A DNA stretch of 64,000 bases from Psammoneis japonica (lineage: Eukaryota), in the NCBI GenBank assembly GCA_008632985.1, contig QPGO01000019.1, positions 186,001-250,000 of the forward strand, in the 5' to 3' direction. The position numbers and the translations under genes were made by a program. Of this stretch, positions 47,248 to 60,852 are shown piece by piece; the stretch's first letter is position 1; each line of letters begins with the position of its first letter. The notes beneath the pieces are model-generated. The model saw nothing but the letters and a program-made list of their open reading frames with translations, was not told the origin of the DNA and ran no database searches.

Positions 47248-49454
47248 TTAGCATTTTGAGGACATGAGGCGAAAAGGAGCTAGTTCTTGGAATTGTAGAC
47301 GCTCTTGCAAAACTTGTCGTTGTCTCTCCTTCTTAACTTCCCTCAATCTAGTTGCAAGGTCTACAGGTTGGACGATCAAGGTCTTCTTGATATGTCTGCC
47401 ATCTACTTCCCGAAGCACAGTGACGGAAAGGTCCTTCGGTTTGCGCAACAAATAAAATCCAGATGTTAGCAAAACGTACGGTCCGCAAAAAAAGAACGCG
47501 CTTACAGCACTTATAAAGACGCACCTCACCCACAGACGCAACATCAATCAGCCGCCGAGCGTCATCGGCACACTCGACTCTTTCTCCTCCGATTTCGATC
47601 ACAACGTCATATTCTTTTAGCTGTCCCAGCTCAGCTGGTGACTTATGAAATACTCGGTCAATCAGGGCACCCTTCACCTCTGGAAGCCCTGGCTGGCCCA
47701 AAGGAGAGGCTTCGTTTTGCTGCTGCGCCCATTCCGGTGTTATAGATGCCATAGACAAACCCAAGTAGCTATGATGAATGTGTTTACCTTCCGACAAGTC
47801 CTTGACAATATCACGAATGCGATTCACAGGAATAGCGAAGCTCGTGCCTTCCATATTTGCCCGAATACAAGCATTGATTCCAACTACTTGACCGCTCTCA
47901 ACGTCCACCAATGGTCCACCAGAATTTCCGGCTACAACGAAGAAAAAAAGACAAAACTCATCTGTATCAGAGACCCACACTTTCTATGAAAACCCGACTT
48001 GCAAAAGAAGCACTTACGATTGATGGCAGCATCCGTTTGAATGTAATCCACCTTTTTGTGCGGAATCCCAACCGCAGTCGAGGATCGTTCCAGTCCGGAT
48101 ACAATACCCATTGTCACTGTATTGTCCAGTCCACCAGGACTACCCACGGCAATCACAATCTGACCAACATTGAGTTCGTCACTATCTCCGAGCTCTGCTA
48201 CTGGCAAGTCGGGAACCGAGTCTTGCGGTCTGCCCTTTCCATTCGTTTTTGGAGGTAGGATTCTCAGAACTGCAATGTCTACAATTTCATCACTTCCCTT
48301 TACCTCTGCCTCATAGACGCTCCCGTCGGTCATTGTCACCTTGACTTTATGCGCATCTTCCACGACATGAGCATTGGTCAGAACCAAACCCTCGGAAGAA
48401 AAGATTACGCCGGATCCTTGACCCTGCTGAACGAAACCGGGTGGGTGTGGATGTTGCGGCAAAAAGATACCATCGTCGTCCTCTCCAGAGTAAGACTCTG
48501 TATCAATACGAAGCACCGATGGCCCCACCTTTTGAACTGCCTCGGTTACATACGACAACACATGCTGGCGCCGTTCTGCTTCCAGAGTTGGCATTATTGG
48601 ATCATCATCATCCTTTCTGGACGACTGAGAACCAAGCATTGCACGTCTGCCAAAGGATGGCTGTTGCTTTGGTACTGTATCAGATGGATCTTTCTTGCCT
48701 TTGGACGTCTCTGCTCTTGCCAGTGACGTTTGCTCGATTGGTTCTTGATGATGGGTGGGTGGTTCGTTTTCCTGAGTTACGAGCAACGATTGGGATTCCA
48801 TGCGCATGTCGATTTCACTGGCAACAAAAGGAGCAACTAGAACAAGCCAACCAACAACGAAGCAGTCTTGACGACGCGTTTGAAGAGTCCGACTTTCTTT
48901 GCATTGCTAGTAGCAGAGGTGGCTCCAGAATCCAGCGTTACTACTTGCTCAGTAGTCGACTCTTGCCTTTTCAATGGTGACTGCTTTTGGGTTTCTTGCG
49001 CGTCCACCGACATGCTCAGTTCTGAAGAGGCTTTCCGTTCACTGTCATTGTTGTACTTTGGAGTTTCAATTCTTCTGCTGAATAGTGTGGAAAACAGTCG
49101 AAAGTTTCTCCTTTTCTTCTTGATGGGACTATCGTCTGGGCCGGCGTTGTCTAAAGAAGTATTACAATATGTCGCCGTCGTGTTATCATTGGCAGCGTTT
49201 GGAGTAGTATTGTTTGATGGGTTGGTGGAATTATTGATTCCAGTACTTTCTTCTCGACGATCATTCTTGGACATGTGCAAAGAAGAAGCAAATCCTGGAG
49301 AACTAAAGTGCGGTACCCATCCCTGATGAGGAGCAACAAAGTGTTGCTGGGAACTTGCTTTGGGATTGCGTTGGTTTCCACACGATGGGATAAACGATGC
49401 ATGTCCAAACAACGAAATCAGCAACACTAGGAGGCAATCTCTGAGTAGTTTCAT
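47248..49454 (-). CDS. Deg/HtrA serine protease with PDZ domain, probably plastid-targeted
   Basis: MKLLRDCLLVLLISLFGHAS-F leader; GSGVI, TNAHVV, DIAVL, IQTDAAIN|PGNSGGPL across a GT-AG intron (about 48017-47932); PDZ SPAE..QLKEYDVVIEIGG; one frameshift near 48845. Confidence 0.9.
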
Positions 49455-49916
49455 GTTGGTTGCTAACGCAATCAGTTTAATTTCAGTGCTTTGATTATGC
49501 CTCACTCCTCATCGTCCATCATCCATCACACTCACAACTGGCACCTGACACCTGCTGCCGGCACACCGGCACCCGTTAACGCGCGCCCCGCGCACCACAC
49601 CTCCACCTCGCATCAAAACTCAAAAGAGGCATACAGGTTCGGGGGCCCCCTTCTTTTCTATGACCTCCCCATCCGCTATTATGTTTTACGTAGATTTGTA
49701 AGAAAATATTTTTATGGTGGGGCCCCATGGGGGGAGACCCTTTTCGTTAAGGTTTTACTTGTACTGACCTGTGCAATATCGACGGAATTTGGAATCACAA
49801 TTGTCCTTTCCGGGATTTGCCCTCATTTTCAATTTTTTATGCGTTGGGGGCATTTTGCATTGAGCAATGGCAAATCCGCATCAACAACAGCAACCAGCCA
49901 CCACAAATATATAATC

Positions 49917-50498
49917 ATGGAAGAAAACGGGTTAGTCCCCGTTGGACATTCTGCTAGCAATGACTTGTGTCAAGTGAGCTTTTCTGCTGAGGATATCGGT
50001 GGGAAGTTCAGAAAAAGCAAAAAGAAAATTACGTGGGTGTTTTCTCTTGCAGGCACCCATCACACTGTCGCTATGGTTTGGAGTAAACGCACCGGCAAAC
50101 AGCATATCGAAATGGACGATAAAGAAGAATGGTTTGGACGAACGAGAGGGGCCAGTATCTTCAATCATCAGTGGGTCACACCGGACGGCATGCAACTCCA
50201 TGTGATTGCCTCACGAACGGCTCCCACCCACACCCCCGATTTCCGTAAATACGAACTTATGATCAACAGCCGACGTTTTTCGAGTCTTCCTCCACTTCCA
50301 GGAACGACTCCTCAACCAGAGGTGCTCAATTCGATTGTAACTCTTCTCTACCCCGATGGCTACAAATGGGACGACCCACGCTTTCGTCCGGATCCCACTG
50401 ATCCTATTTCGTCTGCGGATGAGTACCAGAAGAACGAGAATCTTCGTAACAAGGTCTATGCTCGTCGGATTGTTAGACACGACGGAACTCCGCGTTAA
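49917..50498 (+). CDS. Hypothetical protein
   Basis: Globular-looking ORF from MEENGLV (SKKKITWVF..HTVAMVWSKRTGK..YELMIN) in normal-composition DNA. Confidence 0.7.
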   Translation: MEENGLVPVGHSASNDLCQVSFSAEDIGGKFRKSKKKITWVFSLAGTHHTVAMVWSKRTGKQHIEMDDKEEWFGRTRGASIFNHQWVTPDGMQLHVIASRTAPTHTPDFRKYELMINSRRFSSLPPLPGTTPQPEVLNSIVTLLYPDGYKWDDPRFRPDPTDPISSADEYQKNENLRNKVYARRIVRHDGTPR

Positions 50499-50845
50499 GA
50501 CGATAGAATGTATACAACGTCGGACTACTGATGGAACCCGGACAGAAACTACAGTAACATCATTGTCCCAAATTTAGAAGCACTATTTGCAAAAAGCACG
50601 CCCGCTGATAATTAAAGAGTATGGTAATTCAATCTAAACACCCAGTTATGTTAGAGCTTTTGACATGAACTGTAGGCTGCAAAACAACTCGTTGGGATAG
50701 CTACTAGAGGTATGAATAAGTAGGTAAGGTTAGTAACCTTTCGCGGATAAACCGATCCTCTCTAGCTAGTCGCGCGAAGAAAATCGCGCGGTTCAGAAGA
50801 TCTTTTGGGGCGCAACGTCATCTCACTTTTTGCCGCCACTTTACC

Positions 50846-52346
50846 ATGATGAGCCGCCGGTTCCTTCTCCTAGCGGTCTCTCTCTTGGCACTTCGCACCT
50901 TTTGGTGCAGTCGTTTGCCCCCAGACTTGGTTATAGACGAGACGGTGTAACGATTACGAGTCCCACTGCTGCTACATGCTTGCATGAAACCCCAGCCGAG
51001 AAAGCGTTTCGCGAACTTGGGATGAACAAGGACGATATTCCAAAACGCAAAAAGTCGAGTGAAAAGAATCTGGAACAGGAGGTGAACGATGCTCTCAAAC
51101 TCGCGGAAGAGGCATTGGATTCTGTGCGCGAGAATGAGCAAAGGACTTCTGCCGCTGCTGCACCGTTCTTTATGCAAGAGGCGAGTCGTCAGGACGTAAA
51201 AGAACAGCTATTTACACCCAAACCACCAGACGTGGACGATAGAAACGACAGGAGATGGAGCGAGAAATAAAGCGGGAGGCCTTAAAGATTGCTGTCAAGG
51301 ACGCAGGAAAGGCTGCTGCCAAGGCTGAGGATTTCCTCTTTAGTGTTCCGAAAAAGGTTACAGAGGCCGCTGAGGTCACAAGCAAAACCGTAGAAGAAAC
51401 TGTAAACACCGTAAGGGCGATTCCAGAAAGGGTGGAAAACGCTAAAGCAACAACAAAGAAGAACTTGGATGAAGCAAAAGCCAATGTTGACAACACAGTC
51501 AAGACGATCAAGTCCATTCCAGCGAGGTGGAGAAGAAAGTAGAACAAACCAAGCAAAACGTTGAAAATACGAAAAGGCGGTGTCGAAACGGCGGAAAAGG
51601 TCCAAGAGACTGCTATTTTGTCGCTAGTGTGCCTGGAAAAGTTGCATCTGCCGCAGATACAACGTACAAGGCAGTCAAGGCAATTCCGGGAGAAACACAG
51701 AAAAAGATTGACCAAGTCAAAGACGCGGCTGACAAGGTGGCTAGATTTACAAAATCTGTATCAAGCGCGATTCAAGAGATTCCCTCACAAGTTGAGAAGA
51801 CAGTCGAGACTACCAAGCGAACGGTAGACACGACTACGAGGGTGGTTTCAAATGTAGTCGAGAAAGTAGAAACGACAGTGGAAGGGTTGAGAAAGCCCGA
51901 GGATTTGGAAGTATCAGAACCTGCTCCGACTCCAGAACCCGTGTCAAAACCAACAAACGATCCATTTTCTTTCTTACAGAAGCCTGCCAGAAGGAAGGAA
52001 GCCCTACCTCTGCTCCGCCCAGGCAAGAAAAATCTTATCGAAAGGACTCAAACGCGACCGAAAGGATTCTCCCGCAACTCAACAGTCACAAGACCCTTTC
52101 GCATTTCTTCGCAAGCCAGCCAGCAATGAAGCACAATCGTCCACAGCATCAGGGGCAACAAAATCTGGAAGAGTAAAGGCACAAGGCTCTGGAACTCTTT
52201 CATCGCGACAAAAGGAAACAGCCAAGGACCCGTTCGCATTGTTTGGAAATGCGGCAACTTCCAAGAAGATGGAAAAGACGGAACCGCACCTGCGCCAAAG
52301 AAGAAAAAGGTTTGGGGAAGCTGATTCCATGGCTTTTCATCGTTAA
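50846..52346 (+). CDS. Hypothetical protein with bipartite leader and amphipathic K/T/V/E-rich (LEA/apolipoprotein-like) repeats; frameshifted in this sequence
   Basis: MMSRRFLLLAVSLL...VQS-FAP; repeats such as VKTIKSIP / VKAIPGET / IQEIPSQV spread over ORFs 50830, 51255 and 51527. Confidence 0.65.
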
Positions 52347-52479
52347 GATACTGCAGAGCCTGGACCGTCTACGCTAAGGTTTAGTATTTCGTATCTATTA
52401 CCAGGTAAAGAAAAAGCGAATCGTCATGAACATTATTAGTGCACCACAAGCAATTAGTTAGTTGGCCCCTCTACCATGG

Positions 52480-54290
52480 TGACTTTTGGGGCAAAACTCA
52501 ACAGTCCTCAAGTTGGGGCAAAAAGGATGCGGCACAGACAACAGTCACAGGGAACCATGAGCAGGATAGAAGGATGGGTTTCTTGTGTTTCAACACTGCT
52601 CCTAGACTCAATGGTCCTCACTCTCTCCAAAGGCTCAGAGCTGCACCAAGCACAGAACAGTGCCCCCATGTGGTGAATGTGCCTGCTGGGCATTGAGCTA
52701 AAAACCAATCAAGTTGCACATCTGCCTCACCACCCTCTGATGTTGACAAAGGATCCCAAGAACAAACCAGGGCTCATCCTTGAAGTCAAGAATTCTTGGA
52801 TTTTTTCCTTCTCAGATTGTGCTCAAATTTCATCTGCATTCAAAAACTCAAATTTGTGTGACACTGTTTGAGTTCAACATGATGTTTCAACATGCAAATG
52901 GCAAAATTCCCTGGTTTTGTCTTCAAATTCTTCATTGTTTTTTGGGCCACACAGACCGCAAATCTGCAACAAAACTCAATTCTTCTCACTCTTGTGCACA
53001 CACTGAAGCACACCACATTGGGAAATTTTGCATCTGCAACCATGTTCTTGCCCCCTGATTCTGCTCCCATCATTTTTCTCTTCCGCAATTTGTTTTCTTT
53101 GTTGCCACCACAACACCAACGGCATTGGCTGTGGTGCTGCTGCTGCACACCTCGTGTTTTGTTCACACTTGGCACACAGCACTGCAGCTTGCTTTTTGAC
53201 AAACACCAAGCCTTTGAGTGTGTTCATTTGGTTTGCCTCAAAATGCTTTTCTCTGCCAGGTTCTTGCTCACCAGAGTCTCCTGCTGTGAGACATCGACCA
53301 CAACAGCAGTCAGCAATGGTGCGCTCTCTCATGAGCCTCTGCAAGACTCACCTTCTGCGCTTGCCTTGCCATTGATGCTGGTGCAATCTCTGCTGTGCCT
53401 CCTCTTTGTGTGCTGCAGCTGTGGAGTCTCCTCCAGCCAGAGCTCACTTGGTCTCAAACATGATGGTGCACAGCATCTCAACAAAGAAGCAGGCGCTTGG
53501 CTCCTGCTGCTGGTGGCACGCCACAACGAGGTGGCCAAACAGGGCAGTCAAGCTTCACAATCTTTTGGCAGCAGCAGCACACAACAGCAGTGTTTGGGGT
53601 TCTTGTGGCTGAACTTGCACACTGGCATGCACTGGGCGGGGGGGGCACAGCTTTGACAAACACGCCAATGCCACACCACAGCCAGACTCAAAAATGTTCA
53701 CAACCCTCACAACACACAATCCCCGAGCCTCACAAATGTTCCTCCTGACTTTTTTGTTCTGGGTTCAGTTGTTTTTTGAGACACATCACATTGCTCGTCA
53801 TGCAGCCATGCTTGCTGGGTTTCAATTTGGCCTCCATTGTTGTGTGCCCCCACATTGTTGGAGGAAGGCAGAGGAGAGATGACACCAGAAGCATGTGCTG
53901 CCAACAAGTGCCAGTTGACTTTGGCGGTGTTGTGTTTTCCTCAGCCCCGGGCAAAGTTCAGCTGTGTGCTGTGCATTTTCCCTGGTGCTGTGGGCAGCCG
54001 GGCCAGCACCAGCCCTCCTCCTCAGCCCTGTGCCCTGGCCGGGAATTTTGAGGGAGCAGTCATCTCAAGTCAGTTTCATGACCCACTTTTCTGCTTTGCT
54101 GCCATCACGTGTCTGTGACTTTGGTGGCTGTTGTGTCGGCAGATTTTGCCCTGCTGCCATTGGTTTGGCTTGGGTCGCATCTGTCCTCCATGATGGCCTC
54201 TGGCATGTCACCTCCATGGCCTCTGGCGAGCTGGCTGGGCGAGCTGGCTGGTGCTGCTCGCCTACCTCCATGATGTGGAGTTTGTCCGTC
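52480..54290. other. TpA/CpG-depleted domain, unidentified decayed repeat
   Basis: TA essentially absent from about 52710 to 54260. Confidence 0.88.
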
Positions 54291-54439
54291 ATTCAGTCGC
54301 TGTACCGCTACGCACACCCAATGAGCGCAATGAACAATGAACCTGACAAAATAATCAACAGCATCATACCAGGTTGAACTCTGCGACCTGCCGTTTCATT
54401 GTCACTCTCTAGCAATCGTTTCGAGGAGCCTAAAAGAAC

Positions 54440-55731
54440 ATGATATCCTCTCCTAAAATCGGAATTGTTTCTTTAAACGATCTATCTCCGCCCACTGCAG
54501 TCGAATCATATGCGATTCAATGGGAAAAACAGCGTCAGCCGGGCAAACGCGAAACCGTGTTGGATGCAGCTTGGCACGACAACTTTTTGGCAGTGTGCAC
54601 ATCACTTGGTTGGGTCTACATATGGATGGTTCCATACACCAATTTGTCGGATATCCACAAGGTTCAGTCCGCACCAATAGCAAGGTAAGATATGCCCCCC
54701 CTACAGGCAGGCCGTGCCTCGCTTTTGAGCTGCCTTCTTCCGGATTCTACAGTACGCTCGCTCTCTCGCGCCTGTCTCTGGAACCCTTCTTCTCACGCGT
54801 TGTCTTCTACAATGTAGCTTTCCAGTCGATCAAAGTACAATACTCTCATCTATTCAATTTTCAGGCCATGACGAAGAAACTGTGCTCGTTATCAGTGGTG
54901 CAGGAGGCATTGTCATGTATAGCTGGAAGACACTTCTTGAGGATGTGGTGAAGAAGAGAAAGATTGAACCCATCTTGCGACTGCACCAGGATCAAAACGT
55001 CACTCATTTCCATATTGACGAAAATAATATAGTGTACGTCGCAACCAACAATGGTTGCTACAAGTACGAAAAAAAGACCGGGAAACTCCTCATCAAAATG
55101 GGAAATGCAAGAGTCAATTCCGTGTCGGTCGACGGGAATGACTTGACAGTCTTGTTGGGTTGTCACGATGGTTCACTTGAAGTATATAGAGATGACGGCA
55201 CACACGTAGAAACGATTGATATGAATGCGACTTTAAAGGAAACTATTGTGAACAAGAACAACAACAACAAATCGACCATGAGTCGATCAAACCTTGACTA
55301 CAAGATCTGGATAACGGCGATTCACATCAATGCCCCTTGGTGGATCGTGTCTGGAGGTGTACAAACAAGAAACAAAAGTGTTAGCCATAGCACTTCAGTA
55401 GCAGCAATTGGAGGCTTTGTGGCTACACTACACGGTCCGACGCGGTCGTTGGTATCGTCAACCGCAACGAGAGAGACGATTCAAGCCATGATGTCGTCCA
55501 ACAATGGTGACATACTGATTACGTCCGGGGAATGAATCCGTCGTTTCTTCATGGAATCCTTTAAATTATGAGCAGAGTGTACGTGCATGGTGCAGTCCCC
55601 CGAGCGGTCATGCCCTTGCTGTGCGAAAGCAAGACGGACTTTTGGTTGTAGGAGGTGTTGGGAATGCCGTCGACCTTTTCGATGGATACAACATGACCAA
55701 GCTCTTTAGTTTGTCACTTATGGAGCATTAA
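54440..55731 (+). CDS. THOC6: WD40-repeat protein resembling THO complex subunit 6
   Basis: FLAVCTSLGWVYIW, LLGCHDGSLEVY, WITAI..WWIVSGG, and a C-terminal LLVVGGVGNAVDLF..KLFSLSL similar to the THOC6 end as recalled; introns at about 54684-54865; frameshift near 55530. Confidence 0.55.
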
Positions 55732-55752
55732 GAAAGTGGTCAAAAAGTCCAG

Positions 55753-56842
55753 CTATAGTTCTTGATACCTCTCCGGAGACTCTGTTGGGGTAACTAGGCC
55801 GGATGTCCTCATGTGCGCATGTATGTAGTGCTGCTCCTTCGAACCATCACATTCATTTTTCGTATCATCAAAGTCGTCCCAGCTACACATTGGATATTGA
55901 CGACATGGTCGAAAACCCACTATCGCCATGCCTGTCATCGGATGCTTGATGTCTTTCTGCATGTCTCACACAAGCCCCTTGATTCCTTTTCAGAAGAGAA
56001 TCATCGTTTTGAACTGGTGATTGATTCGCAACGAGGTTCTGGTTGGCATCATGCGATGCACTCGCTGCACCATGTCGCATGGAGGCTGTGCATCATGTGC
56101 TGGTGCAGAGTCTTATGGTGCGTCCCCATGGTGTGTGAGATCTCACCAGCTTGATGATTGCCAATGCCATGTGTTGCATGCATTTTCCTGTGAGCCGGCT
56201 GCCAGATTGCTTTCAGTGCCGGTCTAGTTTTAGAGGCTGACACTTCGTAACTTTGTATGCTCATTGTCACCCAGTTATCAAGAATTGCGTCTCTTCAACG
56301 TGTAAACCCACAGAATAGAATCTCGAAGACTACTTATCACGATGTGAGATACGAGAACACCTATTGGTACATAGTCTACTACGCTTCGAAAAATAATCGA
56401 GCCAACATTTCAAGAGTCCATCCGGTTCCCTTTCTTGGCGTTACATGGTCCGTGCACAAGCTGCGCATTGTCCGGTGACGTATGGAATGCCAACTTCGGT
56501 GCAGCAAAAGGCTAGCCCTCGAAGCTGCTTTTGGTTCTTTCGTAGGAAATAATTGGCGGCGGTTGTTTTCCCTAAAGAAGGTCCCACAAACGATACGGAT
56601 ACTGCTCCATAGTCATCACAGTCTCCCATTGCAGAGATGATTGGCGTTGTCGCGTATTTTTCCAGTGCCATCAGAGGGCTGTAACCAAGAACAGCGTTGG
56701 CGTTGATCAGCTTGCGAAATTCAGCGACCTGCCACCACCTTGGCTTCAAGCCATTCCATTCGCTCGTTGCTTCCGCTATTATAATCTTGGTGGCGGCCAA
56801 CGACGAGCTAGAGCTACGATGACAGGATGTGTCATCCATCAT
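55753..56842 (-). pseudogene. Disrupted P-loop-containing gene
   Basis: ORF 56441-56842 has VSFVGPSLGKTTAA; downstream frames are broken and include a TA-poor patch. Confidence 0.35.
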
Positions 56843-56929
56843 GGTCTCTTTGAGAATGAGGAATGAGATTTAGACTGACCTCAAACGGAATGACAGACAG
56901 ACGTTATTTGTCGAGTTCTCGCTCGCTCT

Positions 56930-59130
56930 GTGACGTGTTGTGACCCAGTCCCAAGTCACGGAGACCTTCCTTCATGATGCTGCTGGTCTAATGCTTGCAC
57001 ATGTGACCGCATTTTGGCACTTTTGAAAACCTCAAGATGGAATGAAAGTGGCAGTCTCCGAGCACCGGCACCACACAGCCTCACGCCGGGTGCCATTTGC
57101 TTCTGTGTCGAACCCTGGTCCTCCCAAATCATCTTGTTTTGCTTGACACACCATGACAGCATTTCCATCGGTTCACACAAATTTTGACTCACATCATGCT
57201 GCCACACCTCAGACCACAGCAACAAAGCAATCTTTCTCTGAGGCACTTGACACAACAATGAACATGCTGGATGCCGGCGCACCAGCAAGGCGATGGTGTC
57301 TCAAGATTTTCTCCATGTGATGTGAAGTGAGGACTTCAAACAACAGCGAACACATCCAACAGTGCCTGGCTTTTAATTTGTTGTCAAGCAGCATTTCCAA
57401 AAATGGGGTTCATCATCTGCTGCCACACCAAGCCATTGCACCATTCTGGATTGCATCGCACGAAGCTCTGCCACAGTGGTGTGGGCCGCACTTTCCAGCG
57501 CATGACACATTTCTGCTGGACAAGCAAAGAAGCTGTGGTTGGAAGCTCTCAGGCACCAGGGATTCATGCTTGTAGAGTTGCCACCATGCCAGGAAACTGT
57601 GAAGCCTTGTGTTGTTGGACCCTTCCAAATGCCATTACCAAGATGATGTGCAGTGTGGCGGCAAGGTGTGTGAGACCTGGTGTGGCAGCCAAAATGTCCT
57701 GAAGATTCTTGGAAATGAACAAAAGCTGCAGAGCACAACCCAAATGAAAAGAAAAACACATTGTGGGCAACATCAGCAGCACAGCAGAGCTTTGCACCAC
57801 TGCTCACTGGCAGCAGCATGGACAAGGCAAGTGTGAAAAAAAGAAGGTTGTGATGGCTGCCATGAGTGGAGAGAAGCTTGCTTTCATTCTGTCAGTGTGC
57901 TGGGGAGAACAGCAGGTTTGGCTGCCAGCCATTGGAAAAAAGTTTGTGAGTCAACCAAGGTCATCAAGCAAGAAGAAGAGACAAAAAGGGAGCTGATGAA
58001 GAAGGCTTTGGAAAAAGATGGGGCAAGGTGTGCACACCGCTGTTGGTCAAGCACACAGTGGTGCCAGCGCTGGAGATCATGGAGAAAGGGGCAGGTGGAC
58101 AGGCACACACAGAGCTTCCAGAAAAAGCACTGCCAAAAATGAGAGAAAATGAAATCTGTGTTTAAAGGTTCTGCTGCACTTCTGCCCACCAGCAAGCAGG
58201 CAAACAAGCCAACAACCCACAGCCCCAGCACAGTGTGATGCGCGGCTGTTCTTGCAGCGACGAAGATGCACTGCGCAATTGGCCAAGACATGCACCACTG
58301 AAAAGTGGTGCCCACCAGGAACAGCTGGGGTGGCACTGTGAATGGCAGCAGCAGCAAGTTGACTCATCACTGCCGTCAAAACACCTGAAACTGCGCAGCG
58401 CAGCAGCAGAGCTCTCTCCTTGGGATTGGAGCTGGCTGCAAAGATGAAACGGGCCATTCTGGAATGTTTCAGCATGAGAGCAAACATGACCAAAAGCAAC
58501 CACCACAAATTTCACAACAGATGACCGAAACACCATCAACCAGAGGGAGAATCTTAACTCCAAGCTTGCAAAAGTGTTGCAATGATGGCGGGAGACAGCC
58601 ACAACATGATGGAGCGACAGGCTTTTCAGATGGGCACTCAGGGAGGGTTGGGAGGGTGTCAACAAATGCTGGCAATCAAGGTCAATTGCCAGAGATTGCT
58701 CAGCGGGGCAACAAGTTGATCATCCTTTGTGCTGTCTGATGTGCTGCGTGTGTGTGCAGAACTTTGTTTTGGCAAAAAGTGTTGGCAAATTGGAGAGCAG
58801 CCAAGTCAAGCTGAGTTGGTCTCAAACTCAAACTTGCAGCAGCAGCAGCAGCAACAGAAAGGTGTTGTCTGCCACACCAATGACCAACAAAGCAGAGAAC
58901 TCAAGCAGACAATGTGGGAGTTTCGGATGGGTCAGCCATCTGACATGACTTTTGTGACGTGGCTGCAGAGCTTGTGTGCAGAAACTTGGAGCTGGCAGAA
59001 AACATCGGCAAATGGGAGAACAGCAAAATCACACTAAGTTGACCTCAAATTCAAACTTCTGGGAGCAGCAATGATGGAAGGTTGTTCACCACATGAAGCA
59101 GAGAAACTGAGCAGACAGCAGACAATTCTT
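56930..59130. other. TpA/CpG-depleted domain, unidentified decayed repeat
   Basis: Very few TA, mostly TTAA/TTTA/TAA. Confidence 0.88.
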
Positions 59131-59204
59131 CACGGATCCCGTCTCCAGGGTTCTTGAGTTCTCTATTTGCTTTAGGTTCCCTTGCTAATCTGGGACATCT
59201 GTTT

Positions 59205-59305
59205 CATGCATGCATCGCATGCATGCCATGCCATGGCATTATGATGGATGATGGCATGGCATCATGCATCATTCATTCACATTCATTTCATTCATTCATT
59301 CATTC
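59205..59305. repeat. Degenerate (GCAT/CATG)n followed by (CATT)n simple repeat
   Basis: catgcatgcatcgcatgcatgccatgccatggc...cattcattcattcattc. Confidence 0.8.
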
Positions 59306-59332
59306 AAGCTTGAGCTAGCTTAGAGAGAAAAC

Positions 59333-60343
59333 ATGGCGTTGCCAATGTCGTCGCTCGACCTCTGTCATGGCTCCCAGCGGCGTGTCATAACAAAATTGCT
59401 CCTTTCAATTTGTTTCCCTGTCGCCCATGGACTTATCACATGCAATCCCGACGGCCTTATACATTCGTTTCGATCAGAAACAATAATGCTCCGTCGCAGT
59501 GTTGCTTGTTTCAGTGGCTTGAGAGCTACCAACGACGACGATTCTGTCGGGCCCCGCGTATTTGATGGGCCTCTACAAGAATCTGGCCATGCTGATGAAA
59601 TTCTTGGGGGGGCTAGTCTTGTAGAACTAGGTCTAGATGTCTGTGTTGCTCCGTCACGGATCGTGCCTGGCGGATTGGGGTTGTTTGCTCGGATCGTGGA
59701 GGAGGCTGAAAGCGTCACAGTGCCTGCATTCTCTCTATTGAGTGGATACTCACGACTCGGGTCCTTTCATTCCAAAGATGTGGGGGATAAAACAGTCGGA
59801 TTCGTTCTCGATAATCCCAACACAGCAGTGTTCTTTGACCAACAGCTCATGTCGATATCAGATGCACTTGAGCTGGGCGCTTCCAGAATACCCGAGTTGG
59901 ATGGATCAAAATACTGTGGACTAGTGGGTCATGAATTACGAGTAAATGGCGAAAGGTCGGAGGGCGAAATAGAAATTAAAGCTGTTGATGATGGATTCGA
60001 ACGATATTTTGTCCCGGATCTAGTCAACCGCGGTGAGGCGGCCTCCGACGAGGACTACAATGTGCAAAACTTTGGTCAGTTCTGCAACGATTTAGCGTGG
60101 GATTACTCGAATCCACCGCAGTCGGAGCAAGAATACAATAAAAGATCGGAAAAGTCCAATATTATTCAGCTGATTTGGCGGATGGAACTCGATGAGGGGG
60201 GTAGATTTCTCAAGCCGTCGTGGCCAGTATCGGTGTTTCAATGTGATGTGTGCTTTACAAACCGAGACTTCATGGAGTTGGGAACAAGATACGGTTGGAA
60301 GTACTGGCAGACTATTGTGGATCTTCAGGACTCCTCAATGTAG
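59333..60343 (+). CDS. Divergent SET-domain-like protein with targeting leader
   Basis: VAPSRIVPGGLGLFA (motif I-like), FGQFCND (NH-like) and ELGTRYGWKYW (ELxxxY-like) in SET order; hydrophobic N-terminal leader. Confidence 0.55.
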   Translation: MALPMSSLDLCHGSQRRVITKLLLSICFPVAHGLITCNPDGLIHSFRSETIMLRRSVACFSGLRATNDDDSVGPRVFDGPLQESGHADEILGGASLVELGLDVCVAPSRIVPGGLGLFARIVEEAESVTVPAFSLLSGYSRLGSFHSKDVGDKTVGFVLDNPNTAVFFDQQLMSISDALELGASRIPELDGSKYCGLVGHELRVNGERSEGEIEIKAVDDGFERYFVPDLVNRGEAASDEDYNVQNFGQFCNDLAWDYSNPPQSEQEYNKRSEKSNIIQLIWRMELDEGGRFLKPSWPVSVFQCDVCFTNRDFMELGTRYGWKYWQTIVDLQDSSM

Positions 60344-60852
60344 CTCGTGTGGCCACTCCAAAACAAGATTCATACGCTTGTTCAAGGATTGCGCTCTCGG
60401 TTCATATTTCATGCACAAGGAAGTCTTCTGCAGGCTGTAGCATATGCAGGGGATGTCTTACTCTCTTATTTACTCTAAAAGACGATTCCGAGTTTGGCTA
60501 AAACGTATGCAGGGGTATCTTACTCTTGCATTCGCCCCCAAGACAATTTCAGGATAAGCATCTTCGTTGTTCCGCCTGCTACAGAAAAAACGTCTTACCG
60601 GCACAATGCCTCTGTCCGTGTGCGACTTGGGAGTAAATTGGATCTTGGGTGGCTTTGGGCCGATTGCTCTAGAATGCCCCCGAGATTGAACGCGCATTAC
60701 CGGAATGCTGCAACAGGGGCTATGATGAGTAACATAGAATCGCTTCTCTTTTCAGCCAATGCTGTCATTGGGCTACCCTCAAGAATTTGTGGTCCTGACA
60801 TTAGGTGAAAGTGAACCATAGGATACATCCACGGGACAGACAACGAAGCTGC

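Noticed and set aside
49630..49775. Possible small MITE with GGGGCCCC palindromes
   Set aside because: The terminal match is only about 6-7 bp and there is no clear TSD.
59205..59305. Telomeric or boundary element
   Set aside because: Degenerate simple repeat, not TTAGGG-like, and not present at the other domain edges.
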